In this document: positions 36,860 through 47,489 of the stretch, piece by piece | How the letters are laid out: every line of letters begins with the position of its first letter | Numbering within the stretch: the first letter of the stretch is position 1 | Virus record (IMG/VR): IMGVR_UViG_3300037805_000644 | Span: 158,940-222,939 of that record | Strand: one strand, 5' to 3' | Length of the DNA: 64,000 bases | Notes under the pieces: generated by a model | What the model saw: the letters and a program-made list of their open reading frames with translations, nothing else | What the model was told of the DNA's origin: nothing | Database searches by the model: none | Position numbers and translations under genes: made by a program

Positions 36860-38810
36860 GCACTGCGGGCTTGAAACCCTTGAGCCGGGCCTCCAGGCTC
36901 GCAAGCCTGGAGGACATCTCTTGCCACTCATCCCGCAGCTTACCCTCAGTGCTTGCCAGGGCAGCCTTCTTGTGGGGGATGTCGGACTCAAGCTTGGACT
37001 GGAGGTCTCGGTCGAGGTACCCGTCGGAGGACAGAGCCTCGGAGGCTGTCTCTCGAATGGCCTCCTTGAGGAGGACCTTGAAGTTCTCCTGCACCTCCGG
37101 CGTGATGCCCTTGGAGGCGAAGCGGGACATGCCCTCTTCTTTCGGCTTGGCGTAGTTGAGCCCCAAGACCTCAGCAGCCCTCTGGGTGGCGTCCGTGGAC
37201 TCTGCCAGGGCATCTCCCACGCGGCTGTAAACCGAGCGCAGCACCTCATTGAAGGTGGCGTCCTGGAGGGTGAACGTGTCCCGCTCCAGCTTCTCCCGGA
37301 CCGTGTCTGCGTCCAGGTTGAGCAGGTCCAGGATGGTCTCGATATCCAACGAGCCCTTCTGGTACAGGTTGAACAGGGCGTCAAAGGTCTCCTGGTTGTC
37401 CCGCAAGGCAAGGCGGGTGAACGACAGGCGGGGATGCACCACAACCTCAAGGCCGTCTTCGTCAACCTCCATGAAGCCCATACGGCGACACATCGGCTCC
37501 AGAAGCTGCTTGTCCACGAAATCCTGGAGGAGTTCCCGCAAGAGCATGTACCGGACGTTGATCACCTCCAGGTGGATGCGGTCGCCGCTGTAGCTCGACT
37601 CACCGGAGAGCAAAGACTCTGTCACACCGAGGCCCGCATAGAGCTGGCGGTCTGTGAGATCGTACTCACCCGACAGGTCCAGGAGGCGGTTGTCTGCACC
37701 CATCTCCTCCCAGTTGACCTGGAAGTTGGTGATGACGCTGTGGTCAGGATCCTGGAGGGCCAGGTCTACCTGGTCCCGTAGCTCCTCGGTGTCGTTGGCG
37801 TCCATATCCTCAGCCCAGATGAGCCGGTAAGGGGTCATGTGGCGAGAGGCGATGGAGGTCTGGGCCTGCCGGAGCTTGTCTCGGTACACCAGGGTGCGGA
37901 GGCACCGCTGGAGGATCGACTTGCCCCGAGGCTCGTACTGGCTTTTCTTACGGGCCATGAAATGACAAAAGCTGCCGGCATTCGGGTTCGTGTTGAGAGG
38001 GATCTCCTCGCCTCGGAGAACGTAATCAACGACCTCAACAGGCATCGTCTCCACAACCTCGCGGGCCCTCATGTCGCCCTGAGCGGCGCGGTCGATAACG
38101 TCCTTGGTCAGGGAGTCTGGGATGAGGCTTAGGAGCACCTGATCTGTGAAAGGGAAAGCCTCCATCACGACCTGCTCAGGAGGAAGCACCCGAAGGGCTG
38201 TCCAGCCCTGGTAGTTCTCCTTGACCCACTGAACCATGCGTTTCTGTGCGTCGGGGTACTCCCGCTCTTCTTCCTTCAAAGAGCCGTCGGCTGCGATTTC
38301 GCGGTACGTCTCGTGCGTCACGCTCCGAGGCATGTCAGGGCTTGTGTCCTCGGCGAAAATGTTCACCTCACCGATGAGGAAATACTCGTGGACAATCTCC
38401 AATAGGCGGTGAAGCAAGCCCACCTCCCGAGCCCACCGCTCAACGAACCGCATGGCGGCATCCGCCATTTTCTTGTTCTTGGTCCGGGGCTTGCGGAATC
38501 GAAGCTTGCTCAGTGGCAGCTCGCCATGGAGATCGATGGCCTGGCCTACGAAAGGATCATTGTCGTAGAAAAAGCGGAAATAGTTCCGCATCTCGGCAGT
38601 GGACTGGGGCAGCTCCAGGAAGTCCGGGCTCAGCTCAGGGCTGTAAAAGTTACCGCCCGAGCCCGTCATCGTCCCCCCCGCCTGGGGGAACGCCATCTTC
38701 ATCATCTTTGAGGTGCCTGTGACCGTGCGGCGAGGCTTACCCGTCTTGACGTTAGCCCTCTCGGGGAGAGTCGCCACTCGTACGGTGTGTTTGGGATTGT
38801 TCTTCTTCAT
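36855..38810 (-). CDS. portal protein
   Basis: FFYDNDPFVGQAIDLH, EYFLIGEV, RGKSILQRC..LVYRDKLRQAQ; downstream of the terminase. Confidence 0.85.
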   Translation of the reverse strand: MKKNNPKHTVRVATLPERANVKTGKPRRTVTGTSKMMKMAFPQAGGTMTGSGGNFYSPELSPDFLELPQSTAEMRNYFRFFYDNDPFVGQAIDLHGELPLSKLRFRKPRTKNKKMADAAMRFVERWAREVGLLHRLLEIVHEYFLIGEVNIFAEDTSPDMPRSVTHETYREIAADGSLKEEEREYPDAQKRMVQWVKENYQGWTALRVLPPEQVVMEAFPFTDQVLLSLIPDSLTKDVIDRAAQGDMRAREVVETMPVEVVDYVLRGEEIPLNTNPNAGSFCHFMARKKSQYEPRGKSILQRCLRTLVYRDKLRQAQTSIASRHMTPYRLIWAEDMDANDTEELRDQVDLALQDPDHSVITNFQVNWEEMGADNRLLDLSGEYDLTDRQLYAGLGVTESLLSGESSYSGDRIHLEVINVRYMLLRELLQDFVDKQLLEPMCRRMGFMEVDEDGLEVVVHPRLSFTRLALRDNQETFDALFNLYQKGSLDIETILDLLNLDADTVREKLERDTFTLQDATFNEVLRSVYSRVGDALAESTDATQRAAEVLGLNYAKPKEEGMSRFASKGITPEVQENFKVLLKEAIRETASEALSSDGYLDRDLQSKLESDIPHKKAALASTEGKLRDEWQEMSSRLASLEARLKGFKPAVL

Positions 38811-39187
38811 TGCTTCCACCCCAACTGTGTCAGGAGTCGTTGATCCGCCCTCTTGCCTGCCCTCTTGGCGGCTCTGGCGTCCTCACGAGCCTTCTCCCGA
38901 GCGGCACGAGCTGCCGGGACTTTGGTGTTCTCGGGAGCCAGGTCGGGATCTGAGCCCTTTCCGGGATTCAGGTACCCCAGTGAGTTAACCTCACCGAGCA
39001 TCTTCCTGAGCACCCTCTCCTGGGCCTTAGCGGCACCCTTGGTTGAGGTACTAGCCTTGCGGTCACGGGACACTCGGCGGCACACGTCGAGTGCTCGATC
39101 CAAGCCCCGCCGGACATCTGCCAGATGCCCGTGAAGGTCTCGATCAGCCTCGCTCTCTGCAAGAGCAGCCTTGGTCCGGCTCGCCAT
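38807..39187 (-). CDS. hypothetical basic protein
   Basis: Overlaps both flanking genes (translational coupling). Confidence 0.6.
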   Translation of the reverse strand: MASRTKAALAESEADRDLHGHLADVRRGLDRALDVCRRVSRDRKASTSTKGAAKAQERVLRKMLGEVNSLGYLNPGKGSDPDLAPENTKVPAARAAREKAREDARAAKRAGKRADQRLLTQLGWKQ

Positions 39188-39441
39188 CAGTTCCACTTCT
39201 CTTTCTTGGTCAGGAATCCGTGTTTGGCGGCGGCCTTGATGATCCGCTTAACCAAACCCACGTCCTCCGGGGACCCCCGGAACAAACGCTCCCAGGATCC
39301 ACCCATATGAGAGAATACCCGGGAAATCCGGTCGAGTTCCGACGGCAGCACCTCAACCTTGCCCCCGACAGTCACGTCGAGCAGCTTCATGAGAAATCGG
39401 TGGTTGGCTTTCAAAGGCGTATCGGGTGTTGGGTTTGCCAC
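39187..39441 (-). CDS. hypothetical protein
   Basis: 84 aa, between terminase and portal. Confidence 0.6.
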   Translation of the reverse strand: MANPTPDTPLKANHRFLMKLLDVTVGGKVEVLPSELDRISRVFSHMGGSWERLFRGSPEDVGLVKRIIKAAAKHGFLTKKEKWN

Positions 39442-39444
39442 TGG

Positions 39445-41397
39445 TCATCTCCCTCGGATCCTTCCACGCATAACGCTGGAAGGCTGTCGATCTGGGCTTG
39501 AGCCGCCTGGGCGCTTGGACCGTAGCCGGGCCTTGCGGACCTGCTTTGCGGTCGCTGCCCTGGTGTTGTTCCCAGGGTGGTGAGACCTCCGGCGGCCTGC
39601 GATATGCTTGGGCTTGACCAAGTGCTGGCTGGCTGCCCACACCATACGGACCAGTGCATCCGACATGTCGTCGTGCTTGCCCTTGAGGTTGGGTGCTTCC
39701 ACCGTCACCAGATACTTGCTGTGGTACTCAGCCTGGAGTTCCAGCAGCTCAGTGATGTAGTTGCAGTGGGAACCCTCGGACTCTGTGCCGCTGGGCACAG
39801 GCCAGTCGTACAGCCTCAACTTCTTGTCCCACATCATGTCCTTGAAGTTGCGGAACATTTGGGAGGTGAGCTGCCGGGTGAAGTGCTCGGACTTGAGCAT
39901 CTTGAGGCCCCGCTTATGCAGTGCCTGCTCAAACACGATCCCGGCCCACTGGTCGAAGACGCCCTCGGCAAACAGGTACTTCTTACTCAGCCGGTACACC
40001 CAGTCAGCAACCTCATCGAACTCCAGCCGCTCCAGGTGCTCATACTCCCCCACCCCTGCCCGGATCTCCTCATGGTAATCCAGCTCTATCTCACCGTCTG
40101 CATTCAGATGACCGATGGCAATGGCGCTACCATCCCCCACGAGCGCAAAGTCGAGCCCGACATAATGGGAGGTCCGCACCAGGCCACGCATCTTGGGCCG
40201 GAGGCCCGGGATCACGCAGGCCATGAGGTCGTCCTCGTCCTCGATCCAGCCTCGGGTACGGTCCGTGAAATGGCCCCCATACTCGGTGAAAAACACCACG
40301 GGGTCGGCCCGGTATGCCTGCTCCAGCTCATCACCCTCAACCGAGGGGTTCACCTCCCAGGTGGGGGCTTGGATGGCCAGCATGTTGGGGGCGCCACTCA
40401 TGGCGAGCTGGAATTGCTTGTAAAACTCACCCTGCCGGCCAAGGGGGCTGGAGATGCCGATCATGCGGCCTTCCACAGGCCCGATAGCTTCGGTGTTATC
40501 GATGGGGTTCTTCTGAGAGAACGCCGACATCGAGGGCTTTACGGCCGTCCAGACCTCCGAGGCAGAGGACTGGCCTGCATCTGTAAAGTGAGCCATCTCA
40601 TCAAGGATGATGACGATGTTACCAGCGCCTCGGAGACCCTTGGCTCGACAAGGTCGGAAGGTCACCCGGATGGTGGCGTTCGCCTTGTCATCATCGGCAT
40701 ACCGGCCATAACGCTCAATGTCTTTGGGCGTTTGGAACCGGGCATAGGACATCGTGTTGTTCGCCGTATACGGGGCGAAAAATCCACAGTCCTTGTAATA
40801 GCCGGCCACCTTTGAGTACAGGATGCCGGCCTGGACCTGGTCGGTGGCCACAGAGATGAGCTGGATAGGCTCGCCTGAGGGCAGCCCATAGTAGGACTGG
40901 GGGTCTCCCTTGAGGATGAGCTTGTAAGTCTCATAGGCACTGATGATGGACGCCATCTGGGTCTTGCCCGAGCGGCGCCCAACGGACAGCAGCATCACCC
41001 GCAGCTCCTCCCCGGGAGCCTCACGGATGTTGGCCTGTCCTTTGTCGTACAGGTACCGGAGGTAATCCGCCTCCGACATGTACTCCCACTCTGTCCGCTT
41101 CCAGTTGGAAATGGGCACCACGTATTTGTAGTAGCCCTTCCACTGTCCAGTGGGCAGTGAGATCTCGTCGTACTTGGGGTGTGTCTCAGGGACAGGCTGG
41201 GAGAGGTCGAGCCCGTAAGGGTTGTCGTCTAGCTTCAACCCATAGTGCAGTTTGAGGATGACTCGCTGTACGGGGTACAGCTTCATCCCCAGGCCCCACT
41301 TGGCCTCCGCGAACGTGATGATGTCCGCAGCGGCATTTACCTGGCTCGGGTCCTTCTGGGCGGAACCGATATCCAGTGCCATGTTGGCAAGGCTCAT
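39445..41397 (-). CDS. terL: terminase large subunit
   Basis: LYPVQ Q-motif, GRRSGKT Walker A, IILDEMAH Walker B, ISSP, VGLDFAL..GD and HDDMSDAL RNase-H-like nuclease motifs. Confidence 0.93.
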   Translation of the reverse strand: MSLANMALDIGSAQKDPSQVNAAADIITFAEAKWGLGMKLYPVQRVILKLHYGLKLDDNPYGLDLSQPVPETHPKYDEISLPTGQWKGYYKYVVPISNWKRTEWEYMSEADYLRYLYDKGQANIREAPGEELRVMLLSVGRRSGKTQMASIISAYETYKLILKGDPQSYYGLPSGEPIQLISVATDQVQAGILYSKVAGYYKDCGFFAPYTANNTMSYARFQTPKDIERYGRYADDDKANATIRVTFRPCRAKGLRGAGNIVIILDEMAHFTDAGQSSASEVWTAVKPSMSAFSQKNPIDNTEAIGPVEGRMIGISSPLGRQGEFYKQFQLAMSGAPNMLAIQAPTWEVNPSVEGDELEQAYRADPVVFFTEYGGHFTDRTRGWIEDEDDLMACVIPGLRPKMRGLVRTSHYVGLDFALVGDGSAIAIGHLNADGEIELDYHEEIRAGVGEYEHLERLEFDEVADWVYRLSKKYLFAEGVFDQWAGIVFEQALHKRGLKMLKSEHFTRQLTSQMFRNFKDMMWDKKLRLYDWPVPSGTESEGSHCNYITELLELQAEYHSKYLVTVEAPNLKGKHDDMSDALVRMVWAASQHLVKPKHIAGRRRSHHPGNNTRAATAKQVRKARLRSKRPGGSSPDRQPSSVMRGRIRGR

Positions 41398-41405
41398 AAG
41401 ATCTC

Positions 41406-42077
41406 CTAAACGGCGCTACGGATCCGAGCCCTGGCCTCTGCCTCCCACGCAGGATCGCTCGACATTGCCGCGAACTTGGAAAACACAGTCTCGATCATCT
41501 CGGGTCGGGATCCCACGGCCGCCATCGCCTCTTTGAAAGTGCCCATGACGTGTGAGAAATAGGCACGGAAGGCAGGGCTGTCCGTGTTGAGGGAACGCTC
41601 CCTATTGCGGTCCATCTTCTTCTGGAGGGTGTCTGCCATGGTCTTGAGACCCTGGACCCGACGTGTGGAGATGCTGGCCGTATCTGCCAGCTTCCCGCTC
41701 CGCTCCAGCTCCTGGCGGACATAGGCGAGGGACGCCTGCTCCTCACCCAAGGCGAGGATGATGGCACCCATCAACTCCTCCTCGGTGTCGTTTCGAGCAG
41801 CAGTCAGCACCCCGTCTGAGGACAGGGCGGCCTCCCGCTTCTTGAGGATGGCGGCCACCTTGTCGTTAGCCGGCTCAACCGCGATTTTCTTTTTGCGGCC
41901 AGGCTTGCCCCTCATCGTGATGGGCGTGTTGTCCGACTTGAGCTGGATCTCATCTGTGTCGGCCAGCTCACCGATGGCCTTGTACTTCAAATCACCCAGC
42001 TCGTTGCGGACAAGCGCCCGACGGGCTCCCGCAGGAGCCTTAGCCAGGATGGCCTCACGATCTTGCGGGGTGCCCAT
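41406..42077 (-). CDS. candidate terminase small subunit
   Basis: Directly upstream of terL; helical; GKPGRK basic motif. Positional inference. Confidence 0.45.
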   Translation of the reverse strand: MGTPQDREAILAKAPAGARRALVRNELGDLKYKAIGELADTDEIQLKSDNTPITMRGKPGRKKKIAVEPANDKVAAILKKREAALSSDGVLTAARNDTEEELMGAIILALGEEQASLAYVRQELERSGKLADTASISTRRVQGLKTMADTLQKKMDRNRERSLNTDSPAFRAYFSHVMGTFKEAMAAVGSRPEMIETVFSKFAAMSSDPAWEAEARARIRSAV

Positions 42078-42916
42078 CAGGACACCACCGGAGCCTGGAA
42101 GCTGGGGGAACCCGCCGCCATGAACCCATTCGCAGGAGAGGCTGCCGTAAGTGCCGTCAGAAACGCGGTGGCAGTTGAGGCGGTGAGGTCGTTAACCGAT
42201 GCGGTCAGGGTCTCGGCCAGGTCGAGCGTCAAGACGCCTGCGGCAACCCCCGCAGCACCGATGACGAAACTCCCATCATTGGCAGGGTTGGTTGCATTGG
42301 CGACGGTGATCACCATCCCTGGGGTGTACCCCTCAGCGACGAAATCACCACCGTCATTTCGGGTAATGGTGTCCGGGTTGGCATCGGCGAAAGAGAGGTC
42401 CGTTCCTGCGGGGAGGGTCAACACCGGCAGGGCCTGGTTGGTCAGGCTGAATCGAACATCCTGCATCGAGCCGCTGTTGGTGATAGTCACCACAGGACCC
42501 AACCGGGAAGCGGACCAGGACCCGCCCAAGGCGATCACCGCATCAACAATAGCCTGTGCGGTGTCTCCGGCAGTTGCCCCCGGGGCCCAGTCCACATGAA
42601 GCTGGAGACGGTGGTCCCCCAGCAAGATCTGCCAGTTGGATCCAGTGAACAGGTTGGAGCTGACCGTCAGTGTAGCACTCAGGCCCGTGACCGTGTTGGC
42701 AGGGTCCTGCCGAACCTGGAGACCAGCAGAAAGCGGCATCGAGCCGTTCAGGGAGTCCTGACGGGAATGCGTCCGGGCGCCCCGGTTGGTGGGAGGCCCC
42801 CCGACAACCGCAGGATCCTCACCGTGCGTGATGCGGCCCACCAGGGTGGTGAATGAGGGTCCGACGGTCCTCTTGTGGGTTACCCCCGCTTGAGGTCGGA
42901 ACGTGGGCTTAGCCAT
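42077..42916 (-). CDS. putative virion structural protein
   Basis: Thr/Gly/Ala-rich beta modules (DTITRNDGGDF.AEGY.PG..ITV). Confidence 0.55.
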   Translation of the reverse strand: MAKPTFRPQAGVTHKRTVGPSFTTLVGRITHGEDPAVVGGPPTNRGARTHSRQDSLNGSMPLSAGLQVRQDPANTVTGLSATLTVSSNLFTGSNWQILLGDHRLQLHVDWAPGATAGDTAQAIVDAVIALGGSWSASRLGPVVTITNSGSMQDVRFSLTNQALPVLTLPAGTDLSFADANPDTITRNDGGDFVAEGYTPGMVITVANATNPANDGSFVIGAAGVAAGVLTLDLAETLTASVNDLTASTATAFLTALTAASPANGFMAAGSPSFQAPVVS

Positions 42917-44865
42917 CAGCCATCCTCCCGGGTGTTCACGTAAAGGCCATCAAACAGCAGCTCACCCAGCTTCTCCACAGTGGGCGTGTCGTTGAGAGAC
43001 ACGTCCATACTCGCCTGGAGCCCGAACTCGGACACGAGACTCGTGTGGCGGCTTGTGAACAGCGAGCCGGTGATCTCAGCATCTGATGCGTTGGACAGCT
43101 TGATGGCCTCATCCTGGATGACCTTGAGGCGGTCGGGGCCCAGGTCGGATGCCTTGATCAGAGGCTTGTTGTACACCGAGCAGTGGCCGGTGCCGTCAAG
43201 CATGGCCTGGCGGTGGACACAAGAACCACAACGGCTCATCGCCAGGACACGCCGCACCTGGTTGGTGCGGTGCGTTGCAGACGCTGCCTTGCAGCCCTGG
43301 GTGCCTGTTGTGGAGGCGTAAGCGGCAGCGTCGACATAGACGTTGCCTGCCAGCCCCTCATGCCTTGCACGCAGCTCTCGCAGCTCAGGGGCGGCTTCCC
43401 GAAGCACCTCACTGCTCCAGCGGGCGTTGAGGAGCTGATCGAGGTCTCCCCCCATCCAGCCTTCATTCATGGCCTTGCGGGTCCAGCTCGCCAACCGCTG
43501 GAACTCAGCGGTTTTGGTGAGGACCCCCTGGCTGGCCTGACGCTCCATCTGAGCGTTCAGGGTGTGGCTCACACCAGCACCCTCGTAAGTGCCTTCCTTG
43601 GGGGCGTTGACCATCTCACCGGCCCGGATGAGCATGTCATCCGTCTGGAGCTTCCGCAGATCGAACACCTGCTCGGCGCTCAGCGACCCTGCGGACATCC
43701 ACTTGGCCAGCTTCCCTAGTGCCTTGGCCCTGCGAGCCTGGGAACCGTCTCGGCTGGGCAGCGTGGGCAGAGCCTTGGGAGCCGCTGCATGGAACTGTGC
43801 AAGGGCCTCCTTGGCGGTGATGGTGTCCGCAGGTCGGACCTCCACCGGCTTCGGTCGCTGGAGGGGGACCTCCGCAGCGGCAGGGCCTGTTTGGAAAGCA
43901 GCACGCAGTGCAGCACGAGGATCCCCGGCCATGTCCACGGAGTACCCGGCGGCACGAAGCCTCGGAGCATAGTGGTTGCGGGCCCCTTTCCAGGGAACCT
44001 CGGAGACAGCGATCATGCCAAGCTTGGTGCCTACGGTCGGGTCATCCGTGATGACGTACCGGGCCCCTCGGGCTTTCCGCTTGATGTCCTGAACCCACTT
44101 CCCGTTCTTGATTCCGGGGAAAGCACTGGCACGGACAAACACGTTGCCCACCAACCCGGCATCCTGCTTGAGGTGCGAGACCACCCCTCGGGTGTGAGCG
44201 GCCTTATCCCCCAGAGAGGCAACCAGATCCCGCTTGATCTCAGCCACGGACTTCCCAAAGTGGGCGTCCCGGACAGCCTTCTGGGCAGCCCGGCGGACGG
44301 CGCTCATGTCCTCTGCCGCCAGCTTGGGTCCAGGGGTTGCGGGCTGAGGGCTCTTGTTCATCCGCTGATGATAACGCTCGGCAGCCAGGTCCTTGGTGGG
44401 TACCCGGTTAACCCCGTCAGTGCGGCGACCGAAGCCCCAGGCACCTTCCAGCTCCTCAAGCCCCTTGTCGTCAGGGCCCACAGGCAAGCGGTCAGGGTCC
44501 TGGCCTTGAGTGGGGTCAAGCCAAGACAGATCCACGGCGGCGGCATCCCTCTCGAAAAACTCGCCGAGCTGGAGGCCCGAGGAGAAATCGTTCATCAGGG
44601 CAGCCTCGTCGAGAGGGGCCTGTACAGAGGCCATCAGGCCCCCTGGGAGGCTCTGCATCCCGTTGGATCCGGCACTGCTCCCCGGAGGGGGTCCCGGGGT
44701 TGCCCCGGGCTGAGCCGGGCGGTCTTTCCCCTGGGTCTGCTCGAAATGGTGACCATCGAGCCCATAGTTGGAGCCCTGGCCCCACTGAAAATCATCCCCG
44801 TCTGGGGTGCCGGAGTCGGCCAGGATCTCTGCGGCCCAATCGAGGGCCTTCTTCTTGTCGCTCAT
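42916..44865 (-). CDS. hypothetical head-associated protein with a Cys cluster
   Basis: 649 aa; CGSCVH...CSVYNK; K/R-x-A sites (KLAAE, KTAE). Confidence 0.6.
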   Translation of the reverse strand: MSDKKKALDWAAEILADSGTPDGDDFQWGQGSNYGLDGHHFEQTQGKDRPAQPGATPGPPPGSSAGSNGMQSLPGGLMASVQAPLDEAALMNDFSSGLQLGEFFERDAAAVDLSWLDPTQGQDPDRLPVGPDDKGLEELEGAWGFGRRTDGVNRVPTKDLAAERYHQRMNKSPQPATPGPKLAAEDMSAVRRAAQKAVRDAHFGKSVAEIKRDLVASLGDKAAHTRGVVSHLKQDAGLVGNVFVRASAFPGIKNGKWVQDIKRKARGARYVITDDPTVGTKLGMIAVSEVPWKGARNHYAPRLRAAGYSVDMAGDPRAALRAAFQTGPAAAEVPLQRPKPVEVRPADTITAKEALAQFHAAAPKALPTLPSRDGSQARRAKALGKLAKWMSAGSLSAEQVFDLRKLQTDDMLIRAGEMVNAPKEGTYEGAGVSHTLNAQMERQASQGVLTKTAEFQRLASWTRKAMNEGWMGGDLDQLLNARWSSEVLREAAPELRELRARHEGLAGNVYVDAAAYASTTGTQGCKAASATHRTNQVRRVLAMSRCGSCVHRQAMLDGTGHCSVYNKPLIKASDLGPDRLKVIQDEAIKLSNASDAEITGSLFTSRHTSLVSEFGLQASMDVSLNDTPTVEKLGELLFDGLYVNTREDG

Positions 44866-45560
44866 GCCGTTCTCCCTGAGTAGCGTGCCGCCAGGCGTGC
44901 CGCCTGGTCCCGAATGGTTCGGGCAGCCAGCTTGGGCATACCGCTGTCGCCGTCGCCCTTCATGCCATTGCCCCCGCCGGAGTCCCCGGACTCTTCCTCA
45001 CCCTCGGCCCACTCCTCGGGGTCCTCTCGGATCTCTTCCACATCGTCCATGATCTCCTTGACCTCCTCACGGGACCGAGGGTCGCCGCCGGAGTCAGTGA
45101 CATCAGGGTGCCAGTGGACTGCGTTGATCTCGTCGTAGACGGTGTCTGTGATCGCAGACAGGGCCTCACAGCAGTTCATGAGCATTTTCCTCATGTCCTT
45201 GATGGGCATGATGTAGCCCTTACCGCCGAGGTTCCCGTCCGGGCTGACCCTCTGAGACTTGATCTTGGTGAAGGTGGCGTAAGCACTCTGGGAGTGGCCC
45301 AAGGCCATGAGGGATGCCCTCAGGACCTTGGCCAGAGGCTCCAGGTTCTTGGCGTTGAACTCGTAGTCGGGGTCGATCTCTCGGGCGGAGGCACCAGGGG
45401 GGTTCCAGGCCCACTCGTTGTGGTCCCCTCCCCTGTCCTTAATGAAGCGAACCTCACCGGCCATCTTCGAGGTAGGCGCACCCGCCCCCTGACGCTTCTG
45501 GAACGCCTGAGCCACCCGCTCGGTGGCCTGGGGGTCTTTCTGTGTGGTCCTCTTGGACAT
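44862..45560 (-). CDS. tagged late protein
   Basis: N-terminal RVAQAFQKRQG and C-terminal RLAARYSGRTA* tags. Confidence 0.7.
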   Translation of the reverse strand: MSKRTTQKDPQATERVAQAFQKRQGAGAPTSKMAGEVRFIKDRGGDHNEWAWNPPGASAREIDPDYEFNAKNLEPLAKVLRASLMALGHSQSAYATFTKIKSQRVSPDGNLGGKGYIMPIKDMRKMLMNCCEALSAITDTVYDEINAVHWHPDVTDSGGDPRSREEVKEIMDDVEEIREDPEEWAEGEEESGDSGGGNGMKGDGDSGMPKLAARTIRDQAARLAARYSGRTA

Positions 45561-45595
45561 GCTGCGGTTACCTCCGGTCCTATTGGACAGGGCTT

Positions 45596-45609
45596 ATAGA
45601 CCAAGTACC
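45596..45609 (-). promoter_or_regulatory. putative late promoter motif
   Basis: Minus strand GGT-acttg-GTCTAT, about 36 nt upstream of 45560. Confidence 0.6.
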
Positions 45610-45649
45610 CGTGTCACCTGGTCGGAGACACGAACTTCATGGTTGGCCC

Positions 45650-46243
45650 CTACTTCTCCTTGAGGGGATCACCTGCGGTATCAAACAGGCGTTCGATAAC
45701 GAAACCACCGGAATCCTGCCGGAAAGACCACAGGTCTTTCGTGGCCATATGCACCAGCTCATCCTCGGTGTTGACTGAGGCTGCTTGGGTGAAAAACCCT
45801 GCAAGGCTGCTCAGCTCTGCGGTGCGCAGCACCACACTGTTGGCCATCCGCTTGCTGCCCTTGGCGGGCTCCAGGTGCGAGGCCAGTACCGGGCGGAAGG
45901 CCCCATCATCCCACTTCACGAAAACGAGGCCGTCCTCAGAGGCGGTGACCTTACCCTCAGCCGACTTCACCTTGACAACCACGCCCTCCACGCCTTCGGC
46001 GGGGATGTCATCGTAAGTGAGTACGGAGCCGGTGTTGTACCGGAAAGACACCCGAGTACCCGCCTCCACAGGAAGGCCCAATCCGGCGGCGAAACGCCCT
46101 CGGTCGGTCAAGCCAATCATGATGGACTGCTCGGGGCCTTCCATGTTCTTGGCCTGGAGGATGCGGTCAATAGCAGAAGGCACCTCAGGGTTGGCGTTGA
46201 GGTGGCCGTTGCTGCTGCCCCACTTGTCCCAGAAATCATTCAT
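45650..46243 (-). CDS. SH3-like hypothetical late protein
   Basis: Start MNDFW via ATGA overlap; GTRV...GVVV...VFVKWDDG; ATKDLWSF...IERLFD. Confidence 0.65.
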   Translation of the reverse strand: MNDFWDKWGSSNGHLNANPEVPSAIDRILQAKNMEGPEQSIMIGLTDRGRFAAGLGLPVEAGTRVSFRYNTGSVLTYDDIPAEGVEGVVVKVKSAEGKVTASEDGLVFVKWDDGAFRPVLASHLEPAKGSKRMANSVVLRTAELSSLAGFFTQAASVNTEDELVHMATKDLWSFRQDSGGFVIERLFDTAGDPLKEK

Positions 46244-47487
46244 CGACGGATCCTCCAGCGTGCATTTAGGGTTTGGGCGCTGTTGAACTCGATGTCGAAC
46301 GAGGCAGCCCCCTTGTTGGTCACCCAAGCGGTCTCATCACTTGCAGGGCGATCATCCAGCTCCAGGTTCACCTGGTACTCCGCATCCGGCTGGGGGATGT
46401 CAAAGGTGACCGTCTCGGTGAGAGAGGCTGCAAAGGCTGTGGTCCCGCTTTGGGTGTCCACCTTGAAGACAGCTCCGGCGTTGGGGGCCAGGATGCTCTC
46501 CACGTAAGTGTTCTCAGCATTGACTGTGGGGGTTTCCAAGATGGAAACCTCCCCGAGGCGGCAGTGGGAGGCCCTGTGGTTGAGCCCACCTGAGAACTGA
46601 ATGCGTGTTCCTGGGGCCATGGTGCAAGACCACAACTCGGCCGCACCGGCACCATCACAGTCGATGGCCACACTCGGGCTCAAAGCAGTGCCTGCCCCGA
46701 TGCTCCCGCAGGACTCCATCGTGAGATAACCGCTGCCACCGGCAGGCTCGGGCTGCCCGACCTCGTACCGGAAATCGAAAGCATTGGCGATGTCACATCG
46801 GAAAAACTTCGCCCAATCCATCTCCCGCACCAGGAGCAAGCACTGGTTGTTGCCCCCAAAGGTGCAATCATGGAAAGTCATTTGACCACAGGCTTCTGCC
46901 CACAGTGTGCGGTTACCTCCGCCGGCGTTGCCCTCCAGCTTGAGGTTGCGGGCAAAGAGCCCTTGGCTGTTGCCCAGCACGGTAGAGGCAGCGCCGCCCG
47001 TGAGTCGAAGGGCGGCCTTGTTGTTGTGCTCGTTGGTGATGCGGAGGTTCTGGAGCACCACCAACTGGGGGATGGTCCCGAGCTGAGCCGACACAACCAC
47101 CGTGTGGTCATCATTGGCGACACCCTCCTGGATGACGGGCTCGCCGATCCCGATAAGCATCACGCCATCACGGACGATGTTGAGGGTTTCCTCGTACACA
47201 CCGGGCATCACCAGGATGCAATAAGGGTTGGTTGGGCTCGCCGTCGCAGGGACAGCATCGAGAGCAGACTGGATGGTGGTGTACTCAGCACCTACCCCAG
47301 ACTTGCCGACAACGAACACGTTGCCGATGGCCTGGAGACCTGCGAGCTGGTTGAGGAAGATCCCACCACCTACGACATTGTCCGTGAACTTGAGCGCACC
47401 TGTCCCAGCGTCCCGCTCAATGAGCAGGGTCTGGCCGGATCCAGGTTCAAACTGGAGAGCGTCTACCTTGAGGGGGGGCTGTGCCAT
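46240..47487 (-). CDS. pectin-lyase-like beta-helix virion protein
   Basis: YTTIQSALDA...ILVMPGVYEE cap motif, beta-helix repeats, and a C-terminal module shared with 47490..48173. Confidence 0.7.
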   Translation of the reverse strand: MAQPPLKVDALQFEPGSGQTLLIERDAGTGALKFTDNVVGGGIFLNQLAGLQAIGNVFVVGKSGVGAEYTTIQSALDAVPATASPTNPYCILVMPGVYEETLNIVRDGVMLIGIGEPVIQEGVANDDHTVVVSAQLGTIPQLVVLQNLRITNEHNNKAALRLTGGAASTVLGNSQGLFARNLKLEGNAGGGNRTLWAEACGQMTFHDCTFGGNNQCLLLVREMDWAKFFRCDIANAFDFRYEVGQPEPAGGSGYLTMESCGSIGAGTALSPSVAIDCDGAGAAELWSCTMAPGTRIQFSGGLNHRASHCRLGEVSILETPTVNAENTYVESILAPNAGAVFKVDTQSGTTAFAASLTETVTFDIPQPDAEYQVNLELDDRPASDETAWVTNKGAASFDIEFNSAQTLNARWRIRR

Positions 47488-47489
47488 GT

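Noticed and set aside
39445-41397. Intein or intron in terminase, DnaX or the giant proteins
   Set aside because: No Hint N-terminal C or C-terminal HN-[CST] junctions and no LAGLIDADG motifs were recognised, and the reading frames are continuous.
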